Assembly: GCA_000320545.1 (NCBI GenBank)
Contig: ADNK01000150.1
Coordinates: 1 to 64,000, forward strand
Direction of reading: 5' to 3'
DNA: 64,000 nucleotides
Origin: Bigelowiella natans CCMP2755
Lineage: Eukaryota; Protista; Cercozoa
Shown here piece after piece: positions 1 through 13,099 of the stretch. Position 1 is the stretch's first letter. The number at the start of each line of letters is the position of its first letter. The position numbers were made by a program, and so were the translations under genes. The notes beneath the pieces were generated by a model. It saw nothing but the letters and a program-made list of their open reading frames with translations. It made no database searches and was not told the origin of the DNA.

Positions 1-207
1 ATATTAGAAGATAGAGGAAAAATCTTTATCAAGTAAAAAAAAATAAGCTCAATGTGACAAACCCCTCTTCCCCTCATGTGATGATATCAGTACCCCCCCC
101 CCCCGCAGATCATTTCTCCTTTCTCTCCTCCTCCTCCTCCTCCTCCTCCTCCTCCTCCTCCTCCTCTTCCCTCCTTCCCTATTCTCCTTTCTCGGTCTAT
201 CTGCTTT

Positions 208-259
<52 letters not shown>

Positions 260-284
260 TCTCTTTCTCTCTGTGTGTGTGTAA

Positions 285-496
285 TCATGTCTCATCATGC
301 ACTTGTTGGTTGCGGTAGCTAGCAAACTTAGCATAGACCTCATCAGAGTCGACGTACGTGGAGACTTCGGATTCTTCAGGGGTGGGGGCCTGGAGCGGCT
401 CACGCGATGTGAAAGTCCTTGGCAATGGCGGCAGCTCACGAGGGAGTTGACGGAACGCTAGTAAACGCACACGTTGCAAGACCTGCAAAAACAGCA

Positions 497-532
<36 letters not shown>

Positions 533-2575
533 GCGCGCAATAAATCATACCCCAATCTGCACGGGTTGCTAACACTCTACACATACAGTTCGCTTGTGAT
601 GTGGAAGGAATAGAAGTTTTGGAAATCGGGGGCAACGACGATGCTGTTTGTCGTGTCGTAGGAGGTAATACCGGATCATATATGTTAACCCGTACGGCCA
701 TTCTCACTGGAGTCGGGTCGTACCTTTGATATCCGAGAAGATTCGTTGGTCAATATTACAACATAAATCAAACATCCTTCATCGTTGTTTCCCCCCCCCA
801 CACCTCAACTTCATCTACCAAATCTACGAATAAATTGGAGCAAGGTGAGGAGGGATAAAAGGGAAAATAAGAAATAGCGAGGAGATCGGGGCTATGACCG
901 AATGTTGTGAGGATTGAGACGTGCGCTGAAGATGGGGGGCCGACCGATAAATGGAATCAATTCAATCCAGCGCGTGTTCTTCAACTGTAGGTCGTAGTTG
1001 ATAAAGTCCCTCTCCCAGTGCATGGAGCTGTGCAGTCGGAGGATGCCGATACCCACATCGTCCCTGGATTCATCGTATTCAAAGATTGTTATCAGAGGGT
1101 GGAGACCAAGCAAGAAGTAGTCTAACACAATAAGTACTATCCGTACGATTGGGCATCTTCCTGTCCATCATGTTGCTTTACAGCACTTTTTATCTATCTT
1201 ACCAAGTCCCGTTTCTCAGCTCCAGCATTTGCATTCGCGGTGCTTCAAACCATATTCGGTCCTGACAAACAATAGTAAAATGATCTCACACACGCGCCTA
1301 ATCCCATATTTCCAAAAAAATACCAAGAAAAAACCACACACCATCGCTAATACCACCATCCTTTTCCAGCCAACTTGCATCAAGGGAACAAGAGAAAAAT
1401 GAGAGAATGCCGGGAAATGAAGGAGAGGGGTGGGTGGAGAGCATGCCTGCGTTAGCGCGTTGGGAAACTTGAGTGCTTTGAATAATTCCTCGTCATTTCG
1501 CGACTTATCCAGCGCCCATCTTGCACGGGATTTTGCACCTTTTCGCTCGAAAGGATCTCCCTGGATGAGCTTCGCCTCCACCTCATTCGGAATTCTACGT
1601 CTTTGCATTGCCCAGCCCTGCCATACGAGTACAATCACAATAAGAAATGTAGTTGTGTGCTCTTTACTCTCCCTTCCCTCTTTCGTATATGAAGGCACGT
1701 ACCATGCGGACGAATTTGTCATTAAGGCGAATGGGGCCGCGATACTGAAGATGGAGTCAGTTGAAAATAAATGCAGATAATAAAACAAGTTGGCCGGGAC
1801 GAGTTGTGTTCGTGGCGAATGTATGGTAGGAATGGCACAATGATTTACCGTCTTCAGAACGTCCTTGATCTGGTCGTACTTGGCCTGTTTCGAGGGATTG
1901 AAGGTGGAGATAGAGGTTGGTTTGAGGAGGTCCTCCAGCTTTACGATGCTAGAGTTTGCCGAGTTTCTGAACTCCTCTGTCCAATTCATCTTCACTGGGG
2001 CCTCAGGATCATCATCAATGGCCTCATCTACGGCGGCTTCCAGCTCAGATGAAGTATCTTGCTCGCTCCTCATGCCCAGCCCATCGTCATCATCATCGGT
2101 GTCGTAGAAGTTGTATCCACCCCTGACTCTTCCAAGCTTCTCCTTGATAAAATTTGTCATATATAGACTACTGCGACAGGATCCTCCGCGCCGCCCAAGT
2201 GGTTCTCTCAAACGTAGCATTTCCGGGCCACATCCGCCCCAACTACGGATGAGCGCCAACGCAGTGAGTGCAGAGAGGAAGGCTAGCCGGCGCCGGGCTG
2301 ACGCCGCCTCTGCAGGGTTCCTCAGAAGAGGTATCGCTCCAGCTTTACCCCTTATTCCCTGTGTACACACTGACTCAAAAGACCGATTAGGTCGCTGCCT
2401 CCCTGCTCGGAAGGTGCAGAGGGAGAGGTCGTCGGTCGACAGAGGAGGGCTGAAAATGTCAGTCGCAGCAACAGACTCCGTACATGAGGAAAAGCACGGG
2501 TTTCATTGCCTGTGACAACCGAAATGAGTCCTCTGGAAAATGTTTTCGGCTCGGCTCAAGAAGAAGAAGATCCAT
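285..2575 (-). CDS. Spliced hypothetical protein with bipartite (signal + transit-like) plastid-targeting N-terminus
   Basis: Phase-consistent exons join to ...RRRLAFLSALTALALIRSWGG...YDQIKDVLKTYRGPIRLNDKFVRMGWAMQRRR...DYFLLGLHPLITIFEYDESRDDVGIGILRLHSSMHWERDF...HIVVAPDFQNFYSFHITSELYVLQRVRLLAFRQLP...HDET*. No family recognised. Start codon inferred. Confidence 0.6.
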
Positions 2576-3041
2576 GTTGGCAGATCCGGAGACTTCGCGT
2601 CTAATCTCGGCAGAATCTCTGCAGCTCATGTCCCCAAATAAACCAAATCTCTCTATTCTCTTCTGCTCTTTTCTCTCCGGGCTCGGAACCTATCACGTGC
2701 ATTCCCAGCTTTTCTTCATTTGCATAGCGCGAGCAGTGGTTATTCGTCGGTACAGTTTTTGGTCTAGATCTATCGGGAAAAGGATGCTTGCGGTTGATCT
2801 GAGACCACAAGAAAATGGCTGGTATTCGTTTCCAAATGTTTATTAGGCGAAAACATTAAGTTTCCGCCATCCAACCAAAAGAAACAGCACAAGGAAACAT
2901 GTCGCTGATGCACAAATATCATGGATTTATATGATAAAAGGCCCAGAACTGTCGCAAAAGCATAATAATGTGGGGAAAAGTAGTGTGACATGATCGATAG
3001 TAGCTTCTGGCAATTAAATATAAGGCGTTTCTACCACGGCA

Positions 3042-5643
3042 ATGCTCCAGGTTAAGTCTGAAAATCAAGGAGCAATGCCTCCCTTACCCTCTCCCCCCCC
3101 CTTTTCCCGAGCCGTTTGGGCCCGCCAAAGACTTTCAATGACGACCGTCATTATCATCATACAACTGGCTAATCTAGTCTGTGCTAGAGGCTTGAGAGAA
3201 ATCACGAGGATTACTTCTTCTAGAGGACGATTTGGTAGAGTAAAGCAGCAGCTGGGAAGAGGCTACTTAGACCAGGGCATAATGAGTGGATTGGGACCGA
3301 GGACTGCTGGGTGGGCGGAAGAATCATCATCTTCGAAAGAGATCGACTATGAAATGTCAACGGGATTCACTCAGAGGCCACGGGAAGGTTCTAGTGATGC
3401 AACCGTAGTGCTTAAACCGTGTTCGTACTTACCATGGCTTTATCTAGGTCGTATACGGCGGGTGATTCGAAGAATTAGATCGAAGCGGCGAAACAAAGAA
3501 CCGGCTGGACCAAGATGGTACAAGAGGGTCCTCAAGGTAGTCGTCGAATATCACATTAAAATGAAGGATGAGAAAAGATGGGTGGTAGTGAGGGTCATGA
3601 CGACCAGAATGCTCCAGCGAGTTTGATGAGTATGAGAAGCATGCCTCTGAACAGCTTTTCCCTCTGTCAGTTCTTAGGATGGTCAGCAGAGCCAGCTGCT
3701 GACAACGACGTAGCAGCACAGAATCCTTCTTCCTCCCAAGCAGGCATAGCGTTCCTCACGAACGACGAAATGGAGCCGGAGGTCATACTTCCGTACCAAT
3801 CTTACAATGGAAAATTATCCACAAATACAATCCCCAGTGGAAAGAGCGACAGCAGCATGCAGGAGACAGAGATACTAGAGCAACTTAATGGACCTGAAGA
3901 TTCACTTTCTCGCCAGTCATCCTCAGTAAAGGAGAAGACAGCAACCCCATTAACGCCTAGCGAGGTAACAGGAATACGGTGGGCAGAGATTGGTGCCAAA
4001 AAGACAATCCGTCGCGTGTTGCGTGATTCATCTGAATTAGAGCTACTACCTGGCTTTCTTGCTTCAGAGAAGGTAATAGATAACAGTATTTGTAAGCACG
4101 ATTACAGTATTTGTATGCGGTGTGCCATTAAGTTCACTGTTTTGCTTGACAGACGACGCACTATGACCTTCCTTTGCACAAAAGATATTTGTATAAATCT
4201 GATGGTGGAGATGGTGGTGTGTGTGTGTGTGTGATTGCATGTAGGGCATCCATAGCTTATTGAATCTCGAGCACATCCGAGCTTTCGACCAGTTGGATAA
4301 GACGCGATACAGGTGAATTGGACTGCTCATGTTATTCGTTTTACAACTTATTGCAAGGCTCGGTGCCACGTAGCTAGGTGCAGCAGCCTCCTCTGTGCAT
4401 GTCTCTTGGTTTTGTCTTCCTGCACGTATGAGCCATACATTAGATGACGTCACCTTAACAATGTTTTATTTTAGGGTGTACTGCGGTAGTTTCAAACTGC
4501 TGTCGTGGTACGTTGAGCCAGTGTTGGATCTGGAGGTAGTACCTGCTGTGAAGCACACAGCAGCATACTATCATATGCGTGTGTGTGTGAAGTCCATCTT
4601 CCATGTTTATGGGAATTCGGTTATTTCCAATTCAGCTTTTCACTTCCTCGTCGTTCAAATTTCGCATTACCCCTGTCCTTATTTCTTTCTTTTTGGTGGG
4701 GACTTGGATTTCTCTCCTGCCTTGAGTGCTGATGCTGAAGCAGCACCAAAACAGCAGCATTATAGCCAACAGCAACAACTAAATCTCAGGTCATTCTGAA
4801 CAATGGCTCATGCATCCTAGAAACGCGGTCGTGTGAGATCCAAGGCCGCTCGGAAAAGGTTGGGAAAGAGACAGAGTGATGATGATGATGATGATGATGA
4901 TGATGGTGATGAGTAGCACAGAACATGCTGAAAGAAATAGAGAACACTTATCACAAAATCTTACGACAAAACGTGATAATTCGAGAAATAATGATGGCTC
5001 TGAATATACCGATGATTTTGTTTGCCGGTCGTTTGGGCGGAAGCAGGTCCGAGAACAGAATAGCCGTTTCAAAGCAAATTATCGTTATCGGATAGACTGG
5101 GGAGAAGATTATTCCAGCGGAAAAGGTAGGCGGCATGCTGCAAATTTTGGCTCGTTGTTTAAAACGAATAGCGGCGGTTGAATCAGCGGCTGTTTGCTAA
5201 TCATTTCGTGGCTAGTAATATACATGAATCAACCAACTTCATAACCCCCCCCCCCCCTCCCCCTGCTCTCCTAACTAGGAAGCACACCTTTCATCCAAAC
5301 CGGGGGCGACCTGCAGATGCAGCTCCAGATCTACACGTTCCCCTTCACGAAGCTTCCCTTATCTGCGGTACAGGGTCCTGGCAACAAGCTCATGCAAGCT
5401 CTCCTGCGCTATCTCCTCCCTGCCTTCTTGGACTCGTTCCTGGAGGATTTTGCGGATTGGAAAATGAACGAGCAAGGTGATGCTGCCAACGCAGTGTTAG
5501 AGGCAGGGGACATGATGCAGCAACCTGCTTCGGTACCAGCACGAGCAGCAGCAGCAGCGGAATTACTACAGCAGGGGCAGCAGGTGAACCTAGCAGCGAA
5601 TACCCTAATGGAGGACGAATCGCTGCCTCCCCGGATGACGTGA
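3042..5643 (+). CDS. DUF1997-family (START/polyketide-cyclase-like) protein, probably plastid-targeted
   Basis: Exons give RAFDQLDKTRYR..FKLLSWYVEPVLDLEV and PFTKLPLSAVQGPGNKLMQALLRYLLPAFLDSFLEDFADWK, matching the DUF1997 pattern (VEPVxDLEV; P..LP....E..GN..L...L...L..DY..W). N-terminal hydrophobic segment (MTTVIIIIQLANLVCARG) is followed by an Arg-rich stretch. Confidence 0.7.
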
Positions 5644-6598
5644 GAGGTTAGTTGTGCGTGGTGAGCGAGGGCAAACGATAGAGCCAATGAACAACGAGAA
5701 AGAGAGAGTGAAAGGGAGAGAAGCGTGGTGGGGCTTCTGCTGCATGATAATGATGCTTATCCTTACTCCTGTGGTGGTGTTGTGCTACCAACAAATAACA
5801 CGCATCTTCGTTCCCGCCGGTCCCTTCCCCGTGGGGCTCATAGATAAGGCGTTTTTAGGATGCAAGATTTCTTTTCTACACGTTATAACTTACTCTTTCC
5901 CTCCCCGCCTTTTCCTCCTCCTCCTCCTCCTCCTCCTCCTCCTCCTCCTCCTGCATTTTTTACAATCGTGGAGAGTACGATTCATTTGCCTCGTAAACCT
6001 ATGATAAGAGTTGCGTTTCTTTTCTTTGAATACATCACTGCGCGACCTATCGAACCGCCGCTTTTATATCAGACGTTCTTTCCTTTTCTTTGGCAGGCCA
6101 CATAGTGATGGCGGCGGCGAAGGCTGGATGTTTAACAACGCTTTCTCTTTAAAGCTCGGACGACAGGGATGAAGACTAGATGATAGAATACCTCACCTAC
6201 CTGATCTCAAGTTACCCACAATCTTTAATTAAACATGGCAATGCTTGCAATGGCGACGACGGAGACGATAGGTATCGCTAGCAAGGACATGCTACTTGCA
6301 GAGGAGTAGGAGGACGACTCGTTTCCAACTATACTTCCTCGGATAAAGTAAAAATAAAGAGAAATAGAATAATCCTTTTCTCGCGCTTGTTACGATACGA
6401 GTGGACAGACACGTTTATAGTCAAACATTTTCGGGACGCCATTCTTGCAACAAGCAACGGACTTAATTAACTCTACTAGAGAGAGCCACTGTATAGAGCT
6501 TGCTTAGGTTTTTTGTACAGGGTACGCCATTGTACGCACACAGCTTGCTCGGTTTCGTTCAAGAGTAGATTAAGTGGCAGTGATAGTAAAAATAGTTT

Positions 6599-6629
<31 letters not shown>

Positions 6630-7450
6630 AGTAATAAGGATAGCAGCAGTAGCAGTAGTAATGCCTCCAGGCTACTTGTTTCTACATGTAAATGCTGCTC
6701 CATTCATTATTTTACACGAAGCCAGAATGAGATCGATGGTTTGATCTTATAGTACAAGCTTCGATAGATAAATTCTTTCACAGCAAATCGAGCATCCAAC
6801 TGCATGCACGCAACATTGCTGTGCGTGGGGATTGCGCAGGAAGAATATTTCGGCCGATATGGTGCAACATCTGATGATCGATAGACAGACAAATGCTTTC
6901 CATTGCGGTGACATTCATGTAGGCTGTGCGCAGTGATTCTTCGGCTCTACGCATCTAGCAGGCATGTACGGCTGCTAATCTTTGCCTAATTATGCGATGA
7001 TAGTAACGGTAGTAGCTGATAGCGATTCGCTGCCGCATGCTGCGATGTGATTAAGTACGTAGTTCATAGAATTATCTCGTGCTGTCAACATGTTCATAAG
7101 TGACATACGAGATGAACGATTGGCGTTAGGTAATGGGAAACAGGCAGTAAGAAAAAAAGTGTAACAAGCTTTTTCCTCTGCTGCTGACGACGATATTTTC
7201 GGCGCTTCAGAAAGCATGTAAGTCAACCGCGAGCACAACTTATCATCCTGCTGCTTCACGAAGTATTTTGTCCGTACTGCTTAAGCTTAGTGTGCTCAAG
7301 CATGGAGAAAATCTATGTCTAGATGTAGCTTTCATCATTATTTATTTCAGCCTGCGCGTAATCGCGTACGCTGATCCAGAATGCGAGCACGTGTGTGATG
7401 GTTCTTCTGTTTACGTGAGTGTGTACGTGTGTATGCGTGCGGCACCGCTG

Positions 7451-8310
7451 CTATATGGGGAGGAAGAGGTCGGTGCCTGGAATGAGATACTGAGCAATCC
7501 CTGTGATCACTGAGATGTCGTCAGGCTTCCCACCCCTATATCCGCTGCCAACTACGGCCTTGATACCCAGCTTGCGCAGGGTGCCCCCAATTACCCCGAG
7601 ACTTTCTGTCTGGCCCTTCTCCTGACGAGAGTTGGTTATTGTAGTTGCGTGAGTTAGGAGGACGCTGTGTGCGCTCTTGACGTACAACAATAACAAGAAA
7701 GAGAGGAGGAGGAGTGAGGAAGTGAAGGGGAAAAGAAAGAACCTGTGCCCACGGTGAAATGTAATTGGGATCTAACGAATGCGCTCGTGCTCGCTCGATC
7801 AACTCGCGCGAGATACCATCCGCGCCATAACCTTACCAACAGCAACAACAACAATAGTGGTAGTAGTAATAGCATTAGTGATAATACTTCAGTCTCTCCG
7901 TGATAACGGCTCATGGCTGTTCAAACTCCTCGTGTTTCTCCCACACTCGAGGGAAAGCAAAGCACGAGGAGATATCAAGAAGTTTCTGGTATTATTGCCT
8001 TGTTGCAGCTTCTCAGCCACGATCTGCTCAATCTCGTAGTCGTGCAGGTTGTCAAACAGCCCATCCGAAGCCATGACTAATACGTCACCGGGCTTGATGT
8101 CACGGACCGTGTACAGAAGTGCCTACACGGGACGAAGGGTGCGGAGAGGCGTATCATGGCAGCAGCACAGTAGGTGTGTTGTTGGGAACGAAAGGTACAG
8201 TAGCGTACACGCAATGCTGCTACGACGAGGATGTGTTTGTGTTGAATGTACGCACGATAGAAGTTCAAGGACTCTTGCCTGTATTCTCGAAAGAATCCAA
8301 AGACAAACCG

Positions 8311-8358
<48 letters not shown>

Positions 8359-8909
8359 GACAAACACAGAAACACAAACACGGACATCGTCTGGCTCACT
8401 GAATTCCCCAAACCCCTCGCTGATATCACAATCCGCCAGCTGATAGGGGGTATCGAACTCGAACTCCTGTGTAGGAGACCTGATGATGATGATGATGATG
8501 TGCCATCAAATCGAGGAGGGGGAGAAAGGGTTAGCGACGAGAGAAGGAGAATGAGAAGGAGAAGAAGAAGCAGAACGGGATATAGCGGAGAGTAGCAAAT
8601 CAGCGGTGGGGTTACTGTCACATTTATTCGCTTGAAGTAGCATCAACATTATGCATTACTTCTCACAATTATTATTAGCGTTACTATCATTATCAATTAA
8701 GATGATCCTACTTGAAGTAGATCTTGCCGTTTCGAAGTAGCACGAAAGCTGTGTCGCCGATTGTGGCTGCGGATAGCGTGTTGCCCTTGAGGCAAGCCAC
8801 GGTTGTCGTCGTGGAGCCCTTTAGCTTTGTCTACTCACAAACCATCAGCAGCATCATCACCAACCGTCCGATTTGTCTTCCCATACATTATCATTTAGCT
8901 CTCTTTTTC

Positions 8910-8951
<42 letters not shown>

Positions 8952-9280
8952 CTCTCTCTCTGTGCGAGTGCTTGTGTGTGTGTTTGTGTGTGTAATATTC
9001 CACAGCTGCAGCTCTAGCACCACCTTCGAGTGGCCGATATCAAGCAATTCTGCAGCTGACAATTCCTTAGCTCCCTGTGCATGGAGAGAAGTCAAACAGA
9101 ACAAAAGCTGACGAATCAGGGCCATATAAAATTTAAACAACTCCGTCTGTGTATTTTGTGCGTGCGTGTGTGTGCAATCATGGATGTCCATGTGCACGTG
9201 TTCTCTCTCATCGTTGCTGCTTTTCGAATCAATTGTGGGCATAGGGAAGTTGCTGCTGCTGCTGCTAGCAGGGGACTCAA

Positions 9281-9324
<44 letters not shown>

Positions 9325-10339
9325 CAGAGTAAATCGATTCAAAGCGTCGTGGAGATGCAGAAGAGAGCGAGGGCGGGCTTTACGCATATTCCATCCCCAA
9401 CCCTCCCTCACCACAGGTGACTACTACTACTACTCCTCCTCCCTCCACCTTCTTTGAGATCTCGACTGAGGCCCGAGCTGTGTTCATCATCAGCTGCTCT
9501 AAAGTTTCCAACGTGTGGTAGTAGTAATGCATCAGTGATTTATTATATTGCATATTACATATAAATGACATGTACGGATACTGCTACAACACAGGTGCAC
9601 TTATTACTTGCGTAGATGCCAGGGTCGATACGGTACTGAGACCAGCTCCCTACTCCATCCGCAACTCCCAGCACAGTTGCAGCCTTTATTCGCAACAGAC
9701 AACAACAACAACAACAACAACGATATATGCACAACAAAGAAGATGACGACGACGATGATGATGCTATTGATGATGACACTGATGAGTCTCACCTCGAGGT
9801 TAGCAACGACCATGCCCAGTTTTGACTTCTTATCCTTGTTGATACCGTCCGCGCTGTGCTTCATCAAAAGGCTTTAGGTGGATGTATTGACACCATTGAA
9901 GACGATAATAGGAGGAAGAGGAAGAGCACAACACAATCACGCAATAAGTCACTCGATGCTAGATGATATAACATACACTTTACCGAAGTTTTCTACGGAT
10001 AATGAGTGAGTAGTGCACATTATCCTAATCACGAAAAGATCCCTCCACACACACACACACACGCACACACATACACACATACACACATACACACTATTTG
10101 TGAACCACCTTGTGTCTCCAACGCCCTCTTCGCCCCCGAGCCGCGACATGAAGAAAGCATCCTGAAGAAGGAAAACATTATTTGCCAGATAATATGTATA
10201 TTTACATGTATACATAAGTGTGTGTGTGTGTGTGCGCGCGCGCGCGTGTGTGTTGAAGAAATATTGAGTAGTATTGGGTAAACACTATACATGTATTTCA
10301 CCGACAGATATAGCGGTAAATATCTAATTTAACATGTAC

Positions 10340-10380
<41 letters not shown>

Positions 10381-11193
10381 CTGCGCTGCTTCCTCAAAGA
10401 TGCTAACTAATGCGTGGCTAAGAGTACCTCCCCCCCTCTCAGTTGGCTCTCGAGCTTTGGCAGTAGCACACCGGCTGATCGGAATACCAGCACCTTCTTC
10501 TTTCCAAGATTGAGAAGTCCATCGAACCATCCCCTACGCACAGAAATAAGCACATTAATTCATTATGAAGCGCCACCGCAGGAGAGACTCGTCGTTCGTT
10601 GATATGTAGAGAATTACACTGTATTCGTGTAGCCAACGTGTTAATATGAAAGCACATGTCCACCAAATGGGAGGAATTAGGTTTTTAGTTTGAATGTTTG
10701 CTGACCGGCATTTAATGAGGTTGCCTCTTCTTCTTCTTCTCTGCTGCTTTGTGTTTTGTCTCCTGTACAGGCTTGCTTTGCTCCTAGTTGCGGATGGAAG
10801 TAACCCGCTGGCCATCATTCCCAAAGCCGAAGCAGGTACAGCAGCCCCAACATGGGAGGAAGAGGCCGAAGAAGGGAGAGGTCCCCCAAGAGGCGGAGCC
10901 ACCATGCTGTAGGTCTCCGCTATTCGAAGTCTTCTCCATTCGATACTATCCAGGGCAATGATAGCCGCAGCCAGCACCGATATAGCCATAACGGCTGAAG
11001 TGATGGGGCGGGAGACAAATCCTCGACGCTGGAAAGGCGTAAGGGGAGGGGAGCCAAAGGCATCGTTCGCCATGATGCCACCTCGAGATGCCACTTCTCT
11101 TGTGAAATTGAAGGGAATTACGGCAGTTTCCTGCAGATGTTTTTTCAATGAATAATATCTCCTCCGCTCGTTCACCTTGCAGACTATGACCAT
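7451..11193 (-). CDS. PP2C (PPM) phosphatase, PTC7/PBCP subfamily, with bipartite targeting sequence
   Basis: Motifs QDAFF, LGVADGVGSWSQYRIDPG, GSTTTTVACL..ATIGDTAF, EFEFDTPYQL, VMASDGLFDNL and GGKPDDISV occur across at least 10 exons. N-terminus has SAVMAISVLAAAIIAL. Confidence 0.9.
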
Positions 11194-11595
11194 GTTCGTT
11201 GTTTTTCATTCTGTATTTCATGGAAAATACCGATATATATAGACTATATTTTTAACTAAAAATGGGAATCTGTCCTTGTGCAGCTCAAAACCCAATCAAC
11301 ATGTTCTCAAGACTGTCGACGTGTCTTCTTGGCAAGGTGGGATGTGGTGATGTAGATCTATCCAGGAGGTGGTGGAGCATGCCCCCCATCTCCCCCACAC
11401 CCACCAGACTCCGGACCTAACCGTCACTGAATCATAAATCGGATTTATTATGAATCAACAAGGCAGGGTGCCAGGGGAAAGTGCATGTTTCACAAAGCAA
11501 ATAGTTTTTAAAAGTATGTGTGTTACATGATTTCACCCAGGCAAGCCACCATTACAGCAAAATTGCGCGGTACATTCCAAAGGATGCTCTGAATC

Positions 11596-12918
11596 ATGGA
11601 GGAAGAAGGGTCAACGATTTCAATTCCTCACGCTATGTTTCACAAAATAACATGTTGCTTTTCCGTCGGAATGAATTTCACTAATTCTCGGTCTCTAAAA
11701 TGCATCTTGACTTCTTGCGTCTCGTTTGTAAAGACATATTCGAGTTCATCGAATCATGGGGAAGGTACTCTTCAGTCGTCGAGGTGGCGGTTAGACGATC
11801 GGTGCGCAATTGTCACGGGAGGTACGAAGGGGATTGGGAAAGCTGTGGTGGAGGAACTCGGAGCGCTGGGAGCCAGTATAGTAACGTGTGCTAGAAGTGC
11901 AGACTCTCTAAAGGAACTGGAGATAGAAATGAGAGCTAAGAATGTTGACGTTGTTGGGATTCCTGCCGACGTAAGCACCTTCGAAGGTCGTCGCGAGTTT
12001 ATGGATACGGCGACAAAAATGACAGGTATCGATAGCAAACAGATGTGTGCACAACTGTTGTGCTGTCCTTGTTTTTTTACAATTTTGTACTACAATTGAT
12101 GGTATGTAATCAGTAGATAGCTGATCATGGCTGATCAGAGGTTTACTTCCCCTTATTGATGACATCTCATCAGGACCATCACTGGATCTTCTTGTGAATA
12201 ACGTCGGCACGAATATTAGGAAGCCGACAGTAGAGTACTCGGAAGCAGAATTTCATCAAATCATGCAAACAAATTGGGAAAGTGCCTTCCATCTGAGCCA
12301 GCTTGCCCAGCCCTCCCTACTTAAATCCGCAAGCTCCAATCGCAATGCATCTATTGTCTTCATATCGTCGGTTGCGGGTGGTCCTACAGGTTATAAGTGA
12401 AGCAGAGTTTTTTTAATTCTAAATGGGTTAATGATGATTCCCTCGACACAGTCTCTTTTGATGAACTTGTAGGCTGATTTTTGCCTTTTGAATAGCTATG
12501 TTCTCGGGATCGGTGTATTCTGCGACGAAGGCGGCAATGAACCAGTTCACAAAAAATCTCGCGTGCGAGTGGGGAAGGGATGGTGATATTATTACGCACT
12601 GAATTCTTACTTCCATTAGAAACGTGCATTTGAAGTAGCTTGGTTGTTCTGACTTTTAAATTCGAATTACTAGGGATACGGGTGAACTGCATTGCACCAT
12701 GGTACACAAAGACTCCTCTTGCGAATCAGGTGCTAAAGGATAAAGTTTTCGAGCAGAATGTCATAGCAAGAACGCCCATGGGGAGAGTTGGAGAGCCGGA
12801 AGAGGTTGCAAATGCAGTGGCTTTTCTGGCTCTTCCAGCTGCTTCGTACATCACTGGGCAAACATTAGCAGTAGATGGAGGCTACAGTGTCCTCGGTTTC
12901 TACATGTATGACAATTAG
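11596..12918 (+). CDS. Tropinone-reductase-like short-chain dehydrogenase/reductase
   Basis: TGGTKGIG (TGxxxGxG), [13 protein letters not shown], catalytic [40 protein letters not shown] and [14 protein letters not shown]. Four exons. Confidence 0.93.
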
Positions 12919-13064
12919 CAGACAATGCAACTTCATCATTTCACTTGCATCAATCGCACCTCAAGCAACCTGAGAAAGCAGTTTGTTCGTTGAAATATTC
13001 GCATTGTTTTGCGACTTGTCCACGCAACGATGTCACGCGTAGATGTTTTTGCGCACACACTAGA

Positions 13065-13099
<35 letters not shown>

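Noticed and set aside
707-723. Possible 17-nt GT-AG mini-intron reminiscent of nucleomorph introns
   Set aside because: A conventional GTGAG donor at 705 with a downstream acceptor gives a better in-frame product (RLH-IVVAPDFQNF), so the mini-intron is unnecessary.
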